Of a DNA stretch of 64,000 nt, positions 9,501 to 19,151 are shown piece by piece. How positions within the stretch are numbered: position 1 is the stretch's first letter; the number at the start of each line of letters is the position of its first letter. The notes below the pieces were generated by a model, which ran no database searches, was not told the DNA's origin, and worked only from the letters and a program-made list of their open reading frames with translations. The position numbers and the translations under genes are program-made. Origin of the DNA: Spirochaetales bacterium (GTDB lineage Bacteria > Spirochaetota > Spirochaetia > Sphaerochaetales > Sphaerochaetaceae). The DNA lies in the NCBI GenBank assembly GCA_012514185.1, contig JAAZAT010000303.1:96-64095 (forward strand), given 5' to 3'.

Positions 9501-12500
9501 AATTGGAAATCACTTTGCACCTCCACCTGGACTTGGCTTGAAACAACCGTTCCTGCCTGGTCTCTTGCACTGGCGGAGATGACATGCCTTCCTGGGGTCA
9601 GTTTTCCCAGGCTTCCTGTCAGGAAGTTGCTGTTGGTGATGACCCGATTGTCCACCCGCCAGGTGATGAGATTCTGAGTGCCGCTCTTGATCTCAAGGCT
9701 TCCAAGCACTTCGACATCAGGCGATATTCTCTGCCCTTCTTTGGGGCTTGTGATGGCAATCATCAAGGGTTTGTAGACCGATATTGGTTTTTCCACCAGT
9801 TTGACCGTACCGTAGACATCGGTTGAACGAACCCCGAGGACATGATTGCCCGGCGGCAGCGAGGGAATGGTAAAGGAGCGTTTGGCAGGCATTCGCTCCT
9901 CCTGGTAGACGTTCCCGTCGACCAGATAGGTCAACGATGCAGTCAAGTCAGCAGTTTGCTGCATCACTAGATTTGCCCTGACCATGATCGCTTGACCTTC
10001 TTGGACACTGTCAGGCGCTTCGATCGAGCCGACATACGGCATGGTCACGACATCGAAGTCGCGGCCGGTGATCCCGTCAGTGTTTATTGGAAGGTAATCG
10101 CCGATGGATGCATCAGGCATTCGTACGTTCGTTGCATATCCCTCAACCTCGATGGAGTGTCTGCCCGTAGTGAATGTCGCACTTGTTGCCGTATACGGTG
10201 CATAGTCAACCCTCCATGCCACTTTATCGATGTCCCGGCCCTCATACCGGAGAGGCAGGCTTCTATTTGCCGGATAGACAGTATACTGCCGCACTTCCTC
10301 TGGCATGATGATGGTGATGTAGGGGTCAAGAATCCGGACGTTGAAATTCTTGTCCACGGTTATGCCATTGAGCACACCTCGGACAGTCAGGACGGCGTTC
10401 CTCTTCTCCTTGGAGAACTTGTAGTTCAGCATCTCGCCGGTTTGTAGTGTGTTGCCGTCCAGAATCCAGGTGATTGTCTCTCCCTGTTCCCCTCGTGCAA
10501 CAAAATGGTACTCAAGTCCGGCAATAAGACGGTCATTGTCGGCAAGGCCGGCTACTTCGAACTTCGGCGGTGTCTTGTCTACAATGCTGAAGGTCACATT
10601 TTGTCCGGTGGTCTGCTGGAGTTCATTGCTGCCGGTAACCGAATACAAGCCGGTGACTGAGAGCACGTGCTGGCCGACAGCCAGGGAGTTCCAGTCAAAC
10701 TGCTCGGTGATTGGATTTCCATTGAGCTTCAGGGCGTACGAGGTGACATCAGTGCTTTCGATGCTCGGTTTCGGTACTTGGCCCTTAGCAAACTGAGTAC
10801 CTGTTTTCGGGTTGGTGATGGTCACAGTGGGATTGATGATTCTCACACGCCATTGTTGGGTGGCCCTTTGGCCGAATGCATCGGGAATTTGGGCTTGGAC
10901 TGTGTAGAGACCGGGTCCCCAGCTCTGATGGGAGATGCTCTGTGCAGTCACCCTTCTGATCTGGCTTTCACCGGCAAGGATGGTCCATTCGGGAGTGATC
11001 AGCTCATTCTCGCTCGACCCCTGTATTGAGAATACGACCGGTCTGTTCTGGACCTGCATGACCAAGGAGGCGGGAGGAGAGAATGAAGTGATCAAAGGTG
11101 GTTTATTGCTATATACGGTAAGGTTGTAGCTATCGGCGGATTTTCCGGTAAAGGTGGTGAGGCCTCCGCTGGAATTGAGTGCTTCAACCCTCCAGCCTGC
11201 CTGGATTGTGTGACCACCGGCCCTGGTGATGGTGTAATCCCAATTGGGAATCTCAACATTGTCAACCAACCAGAACAAATCGGCATCGACAACCGAGGCG
11301 GCAATCGGGATCTTGCTCCCGACTACATATTGATTTACCGTTGGTTTCGTCAGATAGGCTGCAGGATTTACAATCTGCAGTTGGATTGTCTTGCTGCTTC
11401 GCACTCCGTCCTGATTGATCGCATGATAGGTTGCATTGATCAGTTTCTTTTGCAGCGAAGGTGAGGGAGTATACACATTCCCGGTCAAACGATTCCCGTC
11501 GACTTCCCAATATTGAGATGTCAGTGGTGATGCCGATTTTGCCTCCGCAGACAGGGAGTAGGCTTGGCCTGTAAGCAGGCGTGAACCATCCTCGGGATTT
11601 TTGATGGTTATCACCGGAGGTTGGAGATCCTTGATCGTAATGGAAACCGGGCTTGAGTTCTCTCCGTATTCCTTTGGATTTCCCTGCGGATCCACCACAT
11701 TCCAGAAAGCTCTTGCATACATGGTGTAGGTGCCGATGCCGATGGTCGAAAGGTCCAACGAGGAGCCTTGAATGAGCTTGTTGTTGAAGAACCAGGAGAT
11801 TCGATCTGCATTGGGTGCATTGATGGTTGGCGTGAGCACAGAAGCAAGGGGGTGTACCGATTGCGTCTGCGGGGCGGTAATGGCAATCTGCGGGTCGATG
11901 ACGAGCACCCTCAGCGACGCGCTGCCGGTTTTCTGATGAATGTCGGTTGCGCTCAGGGTCAGGGTGTACTCTCCCGCCTTGGTCGGGGTGAATGTCGCTT
12001 GGGTGGGGGAGGTTCCCAGTTGGCCTGAAGCAGAGCCGCTATAGGTCCACTGGGTGCTTTGCATGCGGTTGTCGCCGGTGACGGTCGAGAGCAGGTTCAG
12101 CGAGGTTCCCAAGACAATTTCGACTTCGTTGGTCGGTCTGGTGATGGTTGCGACCGGGCCGCTGCCGATTACCGTTATGGTTTGGTTCGCCGACTGCACA
12201 GTTTTGGTGTTGCCGTTGCTGTCAGGCAGACTTGCAGCGCGGGCAAAGAGGGTGAACGTTCCGCTCTGGTTGAAGCTGTAGGTGAGGCTGTTCCCTTCAC
12301 CGATGGGACTGTTGTCCAAGTACCACGTGACACTTGCGAGATCGCGGCTGGCTTGGGTATCGAGCGCGAGGGGAAGCGATCCATCCTTTGCAACGTTGCG
12401 GCCGGCTCCTCCCTGAATGGCGATAGCCGGGTCGAGTACGGTAAGGTAGAGTTTGGTTGAGTCCTTGCTCAGGTTGAAGCTGTCTACAATATTGATGTAT

Positions 12501-13936
12501 GCCAACAGGCTGTTGGATGCGTATCGACGATTCGGGGTGTAGCTGATGCTGGTCCCGGTCTTGGTTTCCGTGCCTATTCTCCACAGTGCACTCTTTTGGG
12601 TTGCATCATCGCTGAATTCCGGATTTGCTGAGAAGGTGTAGGCTTGGCCGGTCAACAGCACTGCATTGTTCGTTGGGAAATCTACGTTGATGGTCAGGTT
12701 GGTATGTGCCTTTGTGGTAAAGCTCTTGGTTGGAACAGAGGTACTGGTAAAGAATGCAGTCCCATCCTTGTTGATCGGCATGACATACCAGGTATACGCG
12801 GTATTGGGCGTCAAAGGATTGGAGGGAGTATAGCTCTTGCTGGCTGTATACCCGTAGTATTGCCCGTTGAGAAAGACGCGGTACTCTTTCACCCACTCAG
12901 CGTAATCGTCATTGAAGTCCCAGTAGAATTCAGGTTTATACGGGGAGCTGAGATCAACCGATGTGATAAAGTTCGGCGTTGCAAACTTGATTGTATCTTC
13001 CCTGCTGCTGATGGAGTAGTTGTAGGCATCAAAATATTCGAATTTCAAGGTATAGGATTCGCCAGCGCGGAAATTGATCGCTGAAAGGTCATAGGTGACC
13101 TCCCCGTTGCTCAAATCTCCGGGGTACCCTTTCATGGTTGATCCGATGGAGGCTGTGATGCGGCTGTGGTTCTTCGATAGGACTTGGCTGACGCCCGGGC
13201 CGGTGATGGTGAGTTTTGTGGAAGTGGTAGTGGGGATGTTCGACTCACTGTAATACGGGATTTCGGGTACACGGTAGGAAACCTGCTTTCTTTCGACACC
13301 CGGTGAGCTCAACAAGGCGATGTTGCCTATGGTAATGACCTTGAAGCTGACAGGACTCGAAGTATCGATCCGGCTGGCTGCTTCAGTGGTGTTCTTGTAA
13401 GTAAAGCTGGATTTGATGTCATCCTGATTTGAGAGCACGATTTCATACGCCTGGAGGGAGAGCGTATAGGTGCCTTCAGGGACATTCACTCCCGATGTTA
13501 AAAACGTATCGGTAATGGAGTCAAGACTTGTGATGCCGAAGGCATCCTTGATGACATCGGTTGCCGAACCGCCGCGGACATTGCCGGTGTAGCTCAGAAT
13601 ATCCTTGTTGGTGAAGGTGAGTGATTCATTGGCGGCAAATCGTTTGACGATTTCTGCAGAGGCCGAGGCATCTCCGGTGATGCTGTCGGAGGCTATGGAT
13701 AGACTCAGCTTGAGCAAGAGGTGTGCAGTTTCTGCATCATTTCGGATGGTGAGGGAAACCAGCGGGACATTGAGGATGTCTCCGATGGTGAAGTTTGCCT
13801 TTCGTGTGGTGGTAATATCCCCTGCAGGTTGCAGGACTCTTGATGTTACCCGAGTCACCTTTGCCGCAAGCGGAGAAACAACGATACAAGCCAATAGAAC
13901 CATGCAAAGAGCAATACGCAGACTATTTCGTTTCAT
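6506..13936 (-). CDS. Giant secreted Ig-like/PKD-repeat protein (~2,476 aa), putative surface adhesin or scaffold
   Basis: ATG at 13936 with GGAGG RBS; signal peptide [25 protein letters not shown]; recurring ~90-aa modules with IxxP, WxxDG/NG and GxH/YxL/I motifs. Confidence 0.85.
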   Translation of the reverse strand: MKRNSLRIALCMVLLACIVVSPLAAKVTRVTSRVLQPAGDITTTRKANFTIGDILNVPLVSLTIRNDAETAHLLLKLSLSIASDSITGDASASAEIVKRFAANESLTFTNKDILSYTGNVRGGSATDVIKDAFGITSLDSITDTFLTSGVNVPEGTYTLSLQAYEIVLSNQDDIKSSFTYKNTTEAASRIDTSSPVSFKVITIGNIALLSSPGVERKQVSYRVPEIPYYSESNIPTTTSTKLTITGPGVSQVLSKNHSRITASIGSTMKGYPGDLSNGEVTYDLSAINFRAGESYTLKFEYFDAYNYSISSREDTIKFATPNFITSVDLSSPYKPEFYWDFNDDYAEWVKEYRVFLNGQYYGYTASKSYTPSNPLTPNTAYTWYVMPINKDGTAFFTSTSVPTKSFTTKAHTNLTINVDFPTNNAVLLTGQAYTFSANPEFSDDATQKSALWRIGTETKTGTSISYTPNRRYASNSLLAYINIVDSFNLSKDSTKLYLTVLDPAIAIQGGAGRNVAKDGSLPLALDTQASRDLASVTWYLDNSPIGEGNSLTYSFNQSGTFTLFARAASLPDSNGNTKTVQSANQTITVIGSGPVATITRPTNEVEIVLGTSLNLLSTVTGDNRMQSTQWTYSGSASGQLGTSPTQATFTPTKAGEYTLTLSATDIHQKTGSASLRVLVIDPQIAITAPQTQSVHPLASVLTPTINAPNADRISWFFNNKLIQGSSLDLSTIGIGTYTMYARAFWNVVDPQGNPKEYGENSSPVSITIKDLQPPVITIKNPEDGSRLLTGQAYSLSAEAKSASPLTSQYWEVDGNRLTGNVYTPSPSLQKKLINATYHAINQDGVRSSKTIQLQIVNPAAYLTKPTVNQYVVGSKIPIAASVVDADLFWLVDNVEIPNWDYTITRAGGHTIQAGWRVEALNSSGGLTTFTGKSADSYNLTVYSNKPPLITSFSPPASLVMQVQNRPVVFSIQGSSENELITPEWTILAGESQIRRVTAQSISHQSWGPGLYTVQAQIPDAFGQRATQQWRVRIINPTVTITNPKTGTQFAKGQVPKPSIESTDVTSYALKLNGNPITEQFDWNSLAVGQHVLSVTGLYSVTGSNELQQTTGQNVTFSIVDKTPPKFEVAGLADNDRLIAGLEYHFVARGEQGETITWILDGNTLQTGEMLNYKFSKEKRNAVLTVRGVLNGITVDKNFNVRILDPYITIIMPEEVRQYTVYPANRSLPLRYEGRDIDKVAWRVDYAPYTATSATFTTGRHSIEVEGYATNVRMPDASIGDYLPINTDGITGRDFDVVTMPYVGSIEAPDSVQEGQAIMVRANLVMQQTADLTASLTYLVDGNVYQEERMPAKRSFTIPSLPPGNHVLGVRSTDVYGTVKLVEKPISVYKPLMIAITSPKEGQRISPDVEVLGSLEIKSGTQNLITWRVDNRVITNSNFLTGSLGKLTPGRHVISASARDQAGTVVSSQVQVEVQSDFQLNLLGNTGSMEVVLGNPVMCLVGVEKTAGSSVNVSDAAQHIRWFVNNQATNASGLSYEFKADTVGTYTIQSRYSNEGMQRTSGELRITVRDIAQPAILAPSNGQSLTYSDTKPIELKATGEQGAVFQWKLGETVVAMGSQAQFNPRGLTGNVQLTLVTTAFGRSREKRVSLTLNKNTPPSLTLSVPPLQYTTEALKWSASAFDVEDKLPNQSISYTLDGIPLAANASRQLQSSDVGRHTLMAMTTDSMGERTSQSVLFTVVETSLVMDILAPVEGKSYFRNMEIPLIASAVSEEGGSYRWEVQYLDNPNLAKESVSGRQAVFTSKTTGKVEITAIHTDANSRERARKRITIEVQNEPIELGINWPHGSLVNAGTALRPSLLGLPQAAKADSVIWTLNGNPIADIKALSAPQQSGPYTLVAAYAADGTIKQASVSFVVNAPPKVTINTLQQGGAYQTGQSLILSATVEDDQPFSGQVRWTTANGQVIGEGNPLIYLPLQNGKQTIRAQATDAGQSMGSAQVEVTFFEPLRFVEATVNNGLPSYLIAEASQPLALKAEFSGGRDPKVTWRIRQGNRVLEKTGKETYLVFPELEQMLREPALVTMILSDGIPGDAAQTEVLRKDYALTFTAEATLVIVSPLSDSVLRVGDAVAMQAALTGFKQPVLTLSINGEAHQLAWQFEQGAGKAATTLPADLFEKEGVYEVVLQAEELGLKRTAATSLNIFANRKGIFIENAPALFDKTVDTGILTVTLVDLAGVDQVLWRSDLSVEPIASGFSLDLSKADLKAGERSLTAEAYAGSNLVAQTTIHLQVLDRMQLSLVEGTEPMVLQRGADASLHAQGFSRNGQAIEENAITWRSHLDGILGKGGTLAFKDLNTLSEGSHVVTVEAVDSDGSSLAVLKPVQIKVASTPVVIISQPSGGPPSPSLSGAGSFDPNPPPPPPMQNYFEMGTPIDSFMPPNYPNPFGPGMGGAPPDPGLGGYMQSFFGGGGFGFGAPGFGM

Positions 13937-14616
13937 AGCAACCTCCAACCCATCGAGAGCACGATATTTCCAAAACGTCACCCTGGCGTTTTAAGGAAAG
14001 TGAATGAGCTCTGCCTCTTTCTCTTTGCCTGAGGCCGAAAGAGGGCTGAAGGACCTGCAATCTCAGGAAGGAAGGGGAGTGAGGGCTGAACAAGGAGTGC
14101 AAGATTTCCTGCATGCCACAAGCCATTCCTGATTACATAATCATGTTCAAATGCAATATCTGATTTGTCAATATCGTCGATGTGTCCAAGAGTGAAGATA
14201 CTCATAGTCTTGGCACCTGCCAGTTTCTCAAAATAATACAAAGAGGTTCAGTTTGTTACGAAAAAAGTTGTGTCATGCTTCACAGAATTCTTTTACTCTC
14301 ACGTGATTCCCCAAGTGCGTGGGAAATGGAACCTGTTTTGCATCTTTGCAATTGTCTGTGTTCCCATCCAGCATCCCGTACTTGCCGATCATCAATCATC
14401 GCGCAGGGTGGTAGTTGGTTTGTACATTAAATGTTTTTAATTTGAGGCTATTTTGTATACAATAGTATCGTAAGGGTGTTTTGTATTCTTGCGGACTCTG
14501 AAAAAAAACCAGCAGTAAATCAATTACAAAGTTTTTGCTGGAAATTTGAGATTACAAGTAGACAATATTGTGCTATATATTTAAGTTTTTGACTTTGGTA
14601 TACATATAAAACACTA

Positions 14617-14645
14617 TTTACAAACAAAATAAGTGGTATTACAAT
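14617..14645 (+). promoter_or_regulatory. Candidate sigma70 promoter for the LRR lipoprotein gene
   Basis: TTTACA-17 bp-TACAAT; region is AT-rich, so a chance match is possible. Confidence 0.45.
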
Positions 14646-14785
14646 ACTAACGGAATAGAATTGTATCCTGCTAGAATTTGTCGACAGGGTTTAAAATATA
14701 ATACAATCTAAGAGCCGATTACTCTTCAGTCAAAACCTGTGTTTTTACCATTTGCACCTCATGCAAGGTAAAATTGGAGGGAAGT

Positions 14786-16654
14786 ATGAAGGTACGCTTG
14801 GTGCGTCTGTGCGGGATTGCTTGTATTATAGCAGCATTCTTGTTCTCTGGTTGTGAAGAATCAGTCGCAACCGATTCAGGAACATTGCGATTGCTTTTTG
14901 ACAACCATGTTTCTAGAATGACGACCTTTCTTCCAGAAATCGAAATGGAAAGTGCAACATATGAAATCACTGGCGAAGGGCCGGGAGGTCGAACTTTTAC
15001 AACTACCAGCTCAGGAGAAAGCGTAAAGGTTGAAAATCTATACATTGGGGAATGGGTTGTCGAAGTTACGGCTAAGAACGATGAAGGCATTGCCATCGGC
15101 TATGGCGATTTGACAGTGCAAATCAAAGCCGGAGAAACAACAAATGCTGAAATTGCCGTAGGCTTGATCGGAGGGCAGGGAACATTCACGCTGAATGTGT
15201 CATGGAATGCAGATCTAGTCGCTGATCCACAAATGACAGCAAAGGTTACAGCGTCGTGGGATGATAGCCTGGTGGAGAATCTAGTGTTCACCAATCATGA
15301 AACTGAACCAAAGAGTTCTGCACAAGTAAATCTCACCAATGGCTACTATACCGTAGAATTTGCATTTTTCGACGGAGATTCCGAGGTGGTGGAACCTCTG
15401 AAGAGCATGACAATAGCAGCTTGGATTGTCTCTGGAAGCGATACTATCGGGACATTGGTGCTATCCGGGGATGCTCTTAATCTCCTTGGTACACTGACCA
15501 TTGTAATTGAAGAGAATCTGCAGCTCCCTTTTGAGGTGGATTTGGCATCGGATACTACCAAGATTCCAGTTGGAGGAACTTTCAAGGCAACCTCTACAGT
15601 ACAACCTTCGTATGATTGGCAGACATTCCGATGGTATTTGAATGGTGTGTTATTGGAAGAACAGACAGGATCTGAGCTTATATTGGAGAATCTGACTGAT
15701 GAAGGTATCTTCAATGTCGATTTTCTTGTCTCCAATGGCTATATTATTTCCTCCGATTCCATCTCTTTTCAGGTAAGTGATTTCGTTACATTCCCTGATG
15801 AAAATCTTGAAGCATTCATTCGTCAAGAGCTTAGTCAACCTGAAGGGGATATCATGCGGTCTGACTGCTTGAGCATTGTAAGACTAAAGCCTTGTGGGTT
15901 GGGAATTAAATCACTGGAGGGAATCCAAAACCTCGAAAACCTTGAGAATCTGAACCTGGCACCGGATCTCCATGGCTCGGATGATGTAAGTGATTGGACA
16001 TACAACGAGGTTTCTGATCTGACTCCCCTGACGAATCTGACCAAGTTGAAGCAACTCAACCTAAAACACAATCTGATTGAGGACATCACTGCCTTGTCTG
16101 GACTTACCGAGCTGTTGGTTCTGAGTCTAAATGAGAATCAAGTAGAGGATATTTCCCCGATTCAGAATTGCACGAAACTGTTGGATTTGCGTTTCAATAA
16201 AAATTTCATCAATGATATCTCTTCTTTGAGTAATTTGGTGAATCTTGAGGTGTTTTGGACGAATGACAACAAGGACAATTCCGACGGAGATCTATCTGGC
16301 TTGACGAATATCGATGTTGTCGAGAATTTTTCCAACCTTACGAGTCTATGTGTCGGCGGGAATGCAATTGAAGATTTCTCAGAAATTGCTGGATTGGCTA
16401 ACCTTGAGTATGTGGAGCTCTGGGATACTGGGCTGGATTCAGTTGAGATTTTCCGAAATCTTGCCAACCTTGGTTTTCTTGGACTTTCTGGCAATGACAT
16501 CTCTGATATCAGTGCATTGGTGGCTAATCTGGATATTGGAACAGGTGATGAGATTGATCTCAGTTGGAATAGTCTTGATTCTGATGATTCGCCGAGTATT
16601 CAAGCCTTGCGTGATCGTGGGGTGACGGTCTATCAGGATGAACTAGATGAATGA
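14786..16654 (+). CDS. Lipoprotein with N-terminal beta-sandwich domains and C-terminal internalin-like leucine-rich repeats
   Basis: Lipobox LFSG-C; VTFPDENLEAFIR cap; LxxLxLxxNxIxDIxxL repeats; GGAGG RBS; visibly lower GC. Confidence 0.88.
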   Translation: MKVRLVRLCGIACIIAAFLFSGCEESVATDSGTLRLLFDNHVSRMTTFLPEIEMESATYEITGEGPGGRTFTTTSSGESVKVENLYIGEWVVEVTAKNDEGIAIGYGDLTVQIKAGETTNAEIAVGLIGGQGTFTLNVSWNADLVADPQMTAKVTASWDDSLVENLVFTNHETEPKSSAQVNLTNGYYTVEFAFFDGDSEVVEPLKSMTIAAWIVSGSDTIGTLVLSGDALNLLGTLTIVIEENLQLPFEVDLASDTTKIPVGGTFKATSTVQPSYDWQTFRWYLNGVLLEEQTGSELILENLTDEGIFNVDFLVSNGYIISSDSISFQVSDFVTFPDENLEAFIRQELSQPEGDIMRSDCLSIVRLKPCGLGIKSLEGIQNLENLENLNLAPDLHGSDDVSDWTYNEVSDLTPLTNLTKLKQLNLKHNLIEDITALSGLTELLVLSLNENQVEDISPIQNCTKLLDLRFNKNFINDISSLSNLVNLEVFWTNDNKDNSDGDLSGLTNIDVVENFSNLTSLCVGGNAIEDFSEIAGLANLEYVELWDTGLDSVEIFRNLANLGFLGLSGNDISDISALVANLDIGTGDEIDLSWNSLDSDDSPSIQALRDRGVTVYQDELDE

Positions 16655-16683
16655 GACTGATCACATCATACACACATTTGGGA

Positions 16684-16710
16684 GAGAGCAGGTTGAATAG
16701 GCCTGCTCTC
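16684..16710. terminator. Hairpin between convergent LRR gene and galK
   Basis: GAGAGCAGG-N9-CCTGCTCTC. Confidence 0.65.
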
Positions 16711-16726
16711 CTTGTTGGTGTTGTCC

Positions 16727-18001
16727 TTACTCAGCAATACAGCAAGTAGGTTTGCTCCTGACTGCACTGGGGGTGACGCTGCCCTTGCCGAAGACTGCTT
16801 CCATGCCTTGAATGTAGTTTTTCAACTCGTTTTCCTGCACATAGGCTTGGATTGTACCTGCAAAGCCCCCGCCATGAACCCGTACCGTTGCATCAGGGCC
16901 CAGCATTGATTTCGTCATTGCAATGGCAAGGCTCAATCCCTGTTCCTCAGGGAAGAACGAAGGATAGAGGTTCTGCAAAAAACAGAAGGAGCTTTCACCG
17001 CTCTGTCTGACCAGTGAGAGATAGGCTTTGATGTCATTTGCTGCAAGGCAGGCAAGCATGCCCTTCACCCGGATATTCTCTTGGAAGAAGTGCATTGCCC
17101 TGAGGAGACAGCGATCATTGTTCAGCCTCGATCGAAGTTCGGGCAAGGCTTGGAAGAAGGTATTCTGGTCAACTTGCCGCAGGTGGTCTTTGCTAAAATA
17201 TGCTGCCACTTTGCGCATCTCGGCAGGGACTGCGGCATACGCAGGAGTAAGGTCTGCATGATTGCCGCCGGTATCGACGATGCACAGGTGATAGCCCTGC
17301 TCCGAGAATGAGTATTGGATCGGCTCGATAACCGGCTTTTGTTCATCGGCAAAGTCGATGCCGATGATCCCGCCGTAGGCGCAGGCCATCTGGTCCATCA
17401 AGCCCGAAGGCTTGCCGAAATATACGTTCTCACTGAACTTGCCGATGATGGCCAGCTCGACAGGGGAGAGGGCGTCGGCATTGTACAAGTGATTGAAGAT
17501 CGTTCCGCACAGCACCTCGACAGCAGCAGAGGAAGAGAGCCCCGAGCCTTTCAGGACGCGGCTGGTGGTATTAGCCTGCCATCCTCCAATGACCAGACCA
17601 CGCTTGGAAAAGGCGCAGGCGATGCCGCGGACCAATGCTTCGGTGGTGTTCTTTTCTTGTTCCACCACTTCCAGTACATCCAAGTCGATCTCGACAGCCG
17701 GATATCCCTCACTGATGAGGACAACCTTGTTGTCAGTGCGCTTGGTCACCGCCGCGATGGTATCGAGATTGATGGTTGCAGCAAGGACGCGGCCCAGGTT
17801 GTGGTCGGTATGGTTGCCTCCGAGTTCGGTCCTTCCTGCAGTGGAGAACACAGAAGGGCTTGCCTGGCCGAACAGGTTTTGATGGGTCTCGACAAGCTTG
17901 CCGAATCGTCGATCCATTTCTGATTCGTCATAGGTATGACCATACAAAGAGGGGTAGTGTTGGTGTAAAAGGCCTTGTTCAACAGCGAGTCTTGTAGCCA
18001 T
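16727..18001 (-). CDS. galK: Galactokinase (GHMP family)
   Basis: GRTELGGNHTDH, GSGLSSSAA, GKPSGLMDQ, RVHGGGFAG; next to galT. Confidence 0.92.
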   Translation of the reverse strand: MATRLAVEQGLLHQHYPSLYGHTYDESEMDRRFGKLVETHQNLFGQASPSVFSTAGRTELGGNHTDHNLGRVLAATINLDTIAAVTKRTDNKVVLISEGYPAVEIDLDVLEVVEQEKNTTEALVRGIACAFSKRGLVIGGWQANTTSRVLKGSGLSSSAAVEVLCGTIFNHLYNADALSPVELAIIGKFSENVYFGKPSGLMDQMACAYGGIIGIDFADEQKPVIEPIQYSFSEQGYHLCIVDTGGNHADLTPAYAAVPAEMRKVAAYFSKDHLRQVDQNTFFQALPELRSRLNNDRCLLRAMHFFQENIRVKGMLACLAANDIKAYLSLVRQSGESSFCFLQNLYPSFFPEEQGLSLAIAMTKSMLGPDATVRVHGGGFAGTIQAYVQENELKNYIQGMEAVFGKGSVTPSAVRSKPTCCIAE

Positions 18002-18010
18002 GGATGTCTC

Positions 18011-19063
18011 CTAGTGTAGGGTGTTGCGATAGTGCACGTCGCTTTGAGATCTGAGTTTTTGCGCAGCTTGCTCAGCGGTAATATCACGTTGGGGCATTGC
18101 CATCATTTCATATCCTACCATGAATTTCTTGACGGTGGCACTGCGAAGCAGAGGCGGATAGTAGTGCAGGTGCATGGTATGGGCGGGATAGGCCTTGCCG
18201 TCGACAGGCTTCTGATGCACCCCCATGGAGTAGGGAAAGCTGGTTTGGAAGAGATTGTCGTAGCGAATCCCCAGCTGCTGCATCGTCCCTGCCAAATCGG
18301 CTCTTTCTTCGCTTGTCAGGTCGCTGAGACTTTGAAGATTGCGCTTGTACCCAAGAATCATCGTCTCATACGGCCACACCGCCCAAAAAGGAACGACTGC
18401 GATAAAGTGCTCTCCCCTGACTACAACACGTTCTCCTGTCTCCATCTCATACCGGGCATAATCGAGCAGCATATGGCTTTTGTGTGTTTCGAAGTATTGC
18501 TCTTCATTCGCAAGCTCTTTGGCCGGTATGTCGGGGATGATTTCTTCGCTCCAGATCTGAGCATGGGGGTGTGGATTCGAACAACCCATGATCGCTCCGC
18601 GGTTCTCGAAGATTTGTACGTAGTTGATCATCCCGCTCTCTCCAAGCTTCTCGTACTCATCCGTCCAAACACTCAGGACCTTCTCAATATCGGCGGTGGA
18701 CATGCGTGAAAGGGTGAGGTCGTGGCGGGGGGAAAAACAGACCACTCTGCATCGTCCCTTCTCTCCGCTTGTCTTCAAGATGCCGTTGGGCCCCTCTTCG
18801 ATACGGTCGCTTGGGGTGGTCGGCAACAATGATGCAAAGTCATTGTCAAACACATAAACATCTTGGTATTCAGGATTTCGCTCTCCACTTGATCGCACGT
18901 TGCCCGGACAGAGATAGCAGGTGCTGTCATAAGGGCTCAGTTCTTCCAGATTCGGTTTTTCGACCTGCCCGTTCCATGGTCGCTTGGTTCGGTGCGGTGA
19001 AACTTTCACCCACTCGTCCAGGAGCGGATTATAGCGGTTGTGCGTATCAAATTGAATGTCCAT
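18011..19063 (-). CDS. galT: UDP-glucose--hexose-1-phosphate uridylyltransferase
   Basis: RYNPL, RPWNGQ, CYLCPGN, GCSNPHPHAQIW, HYYPPLLRSATVKKF; ATG at 19063 has AGAGG RBS. Confidence 0.96.
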   Translation of the reverse strand: MDIQFDTHNRYNPLLDEWVKVSPHRTKRPWNGQVEKPNLEELSPYDSTCYLCPGNVRSSGERNPEYQDVYVFDNDFASLLPTTPSDRIEEGPNGILKTSGEKGRCRVVCFSPRHDLTLSRMSTADIEKVLSVWTDEYEKLGESGMINYVQIFENRGAIMGCSNPHPHAQIWSEEIIPDIPAKELANEEQYFETHKSHMLLDYARYEMETGERVVVRGEHFIAVVPFWAVWPYETMILGYKRNLQSLSDLTSEERADLAGTMQQLGIRYDNLFQTSFPYSMGVHQKPVDGKAYPAHTMHLHYYPPLLRSATVKKFMVGYEMMAMPQRDITAEQAAQKLRSQSDVHYRNTLH

Positions 19064-19093
19064 GTAGGTTTGAATTCCTCTTGCTTTCAGAAA

Positions 19094-19133
19094 TGTACAC
19101 GTGTACACTACACCTGTGATTGTGCTTTGTCAA
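19094..19133 (-). promoter_or_regulatory. galT promoter overlapped by a LacI-type operator
   Basis: Minus-strand TTGACA (19133-19128)-17 bp-TAGTGT (19110-19105); perfect palindrome TGTACACGTGTACA at 19094-19107. Confidence 0.75.
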
Positions 19134-19151
19134 TGAAAAATGGAGGTGTTG

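Noticed and set aside
6760-13300. Nucleotide-level tandem repeats or DGR-like variable/template repeats in the giant gene
   Set aside because: Modules are similar only at protein-motif level; no near-identical DNA copies noticed by eye and no reverse transcriptase in the window.
14031-14105. CRISPR-like repeat
   Set aside because: Only two 10-bp copies and no cas genes.
13978-14430. Short ORFs (87, 67 and 82 aa) in the intergenic region
   Set aside because: No convincing RBS or motifs; more likely promoter and leader DNA.
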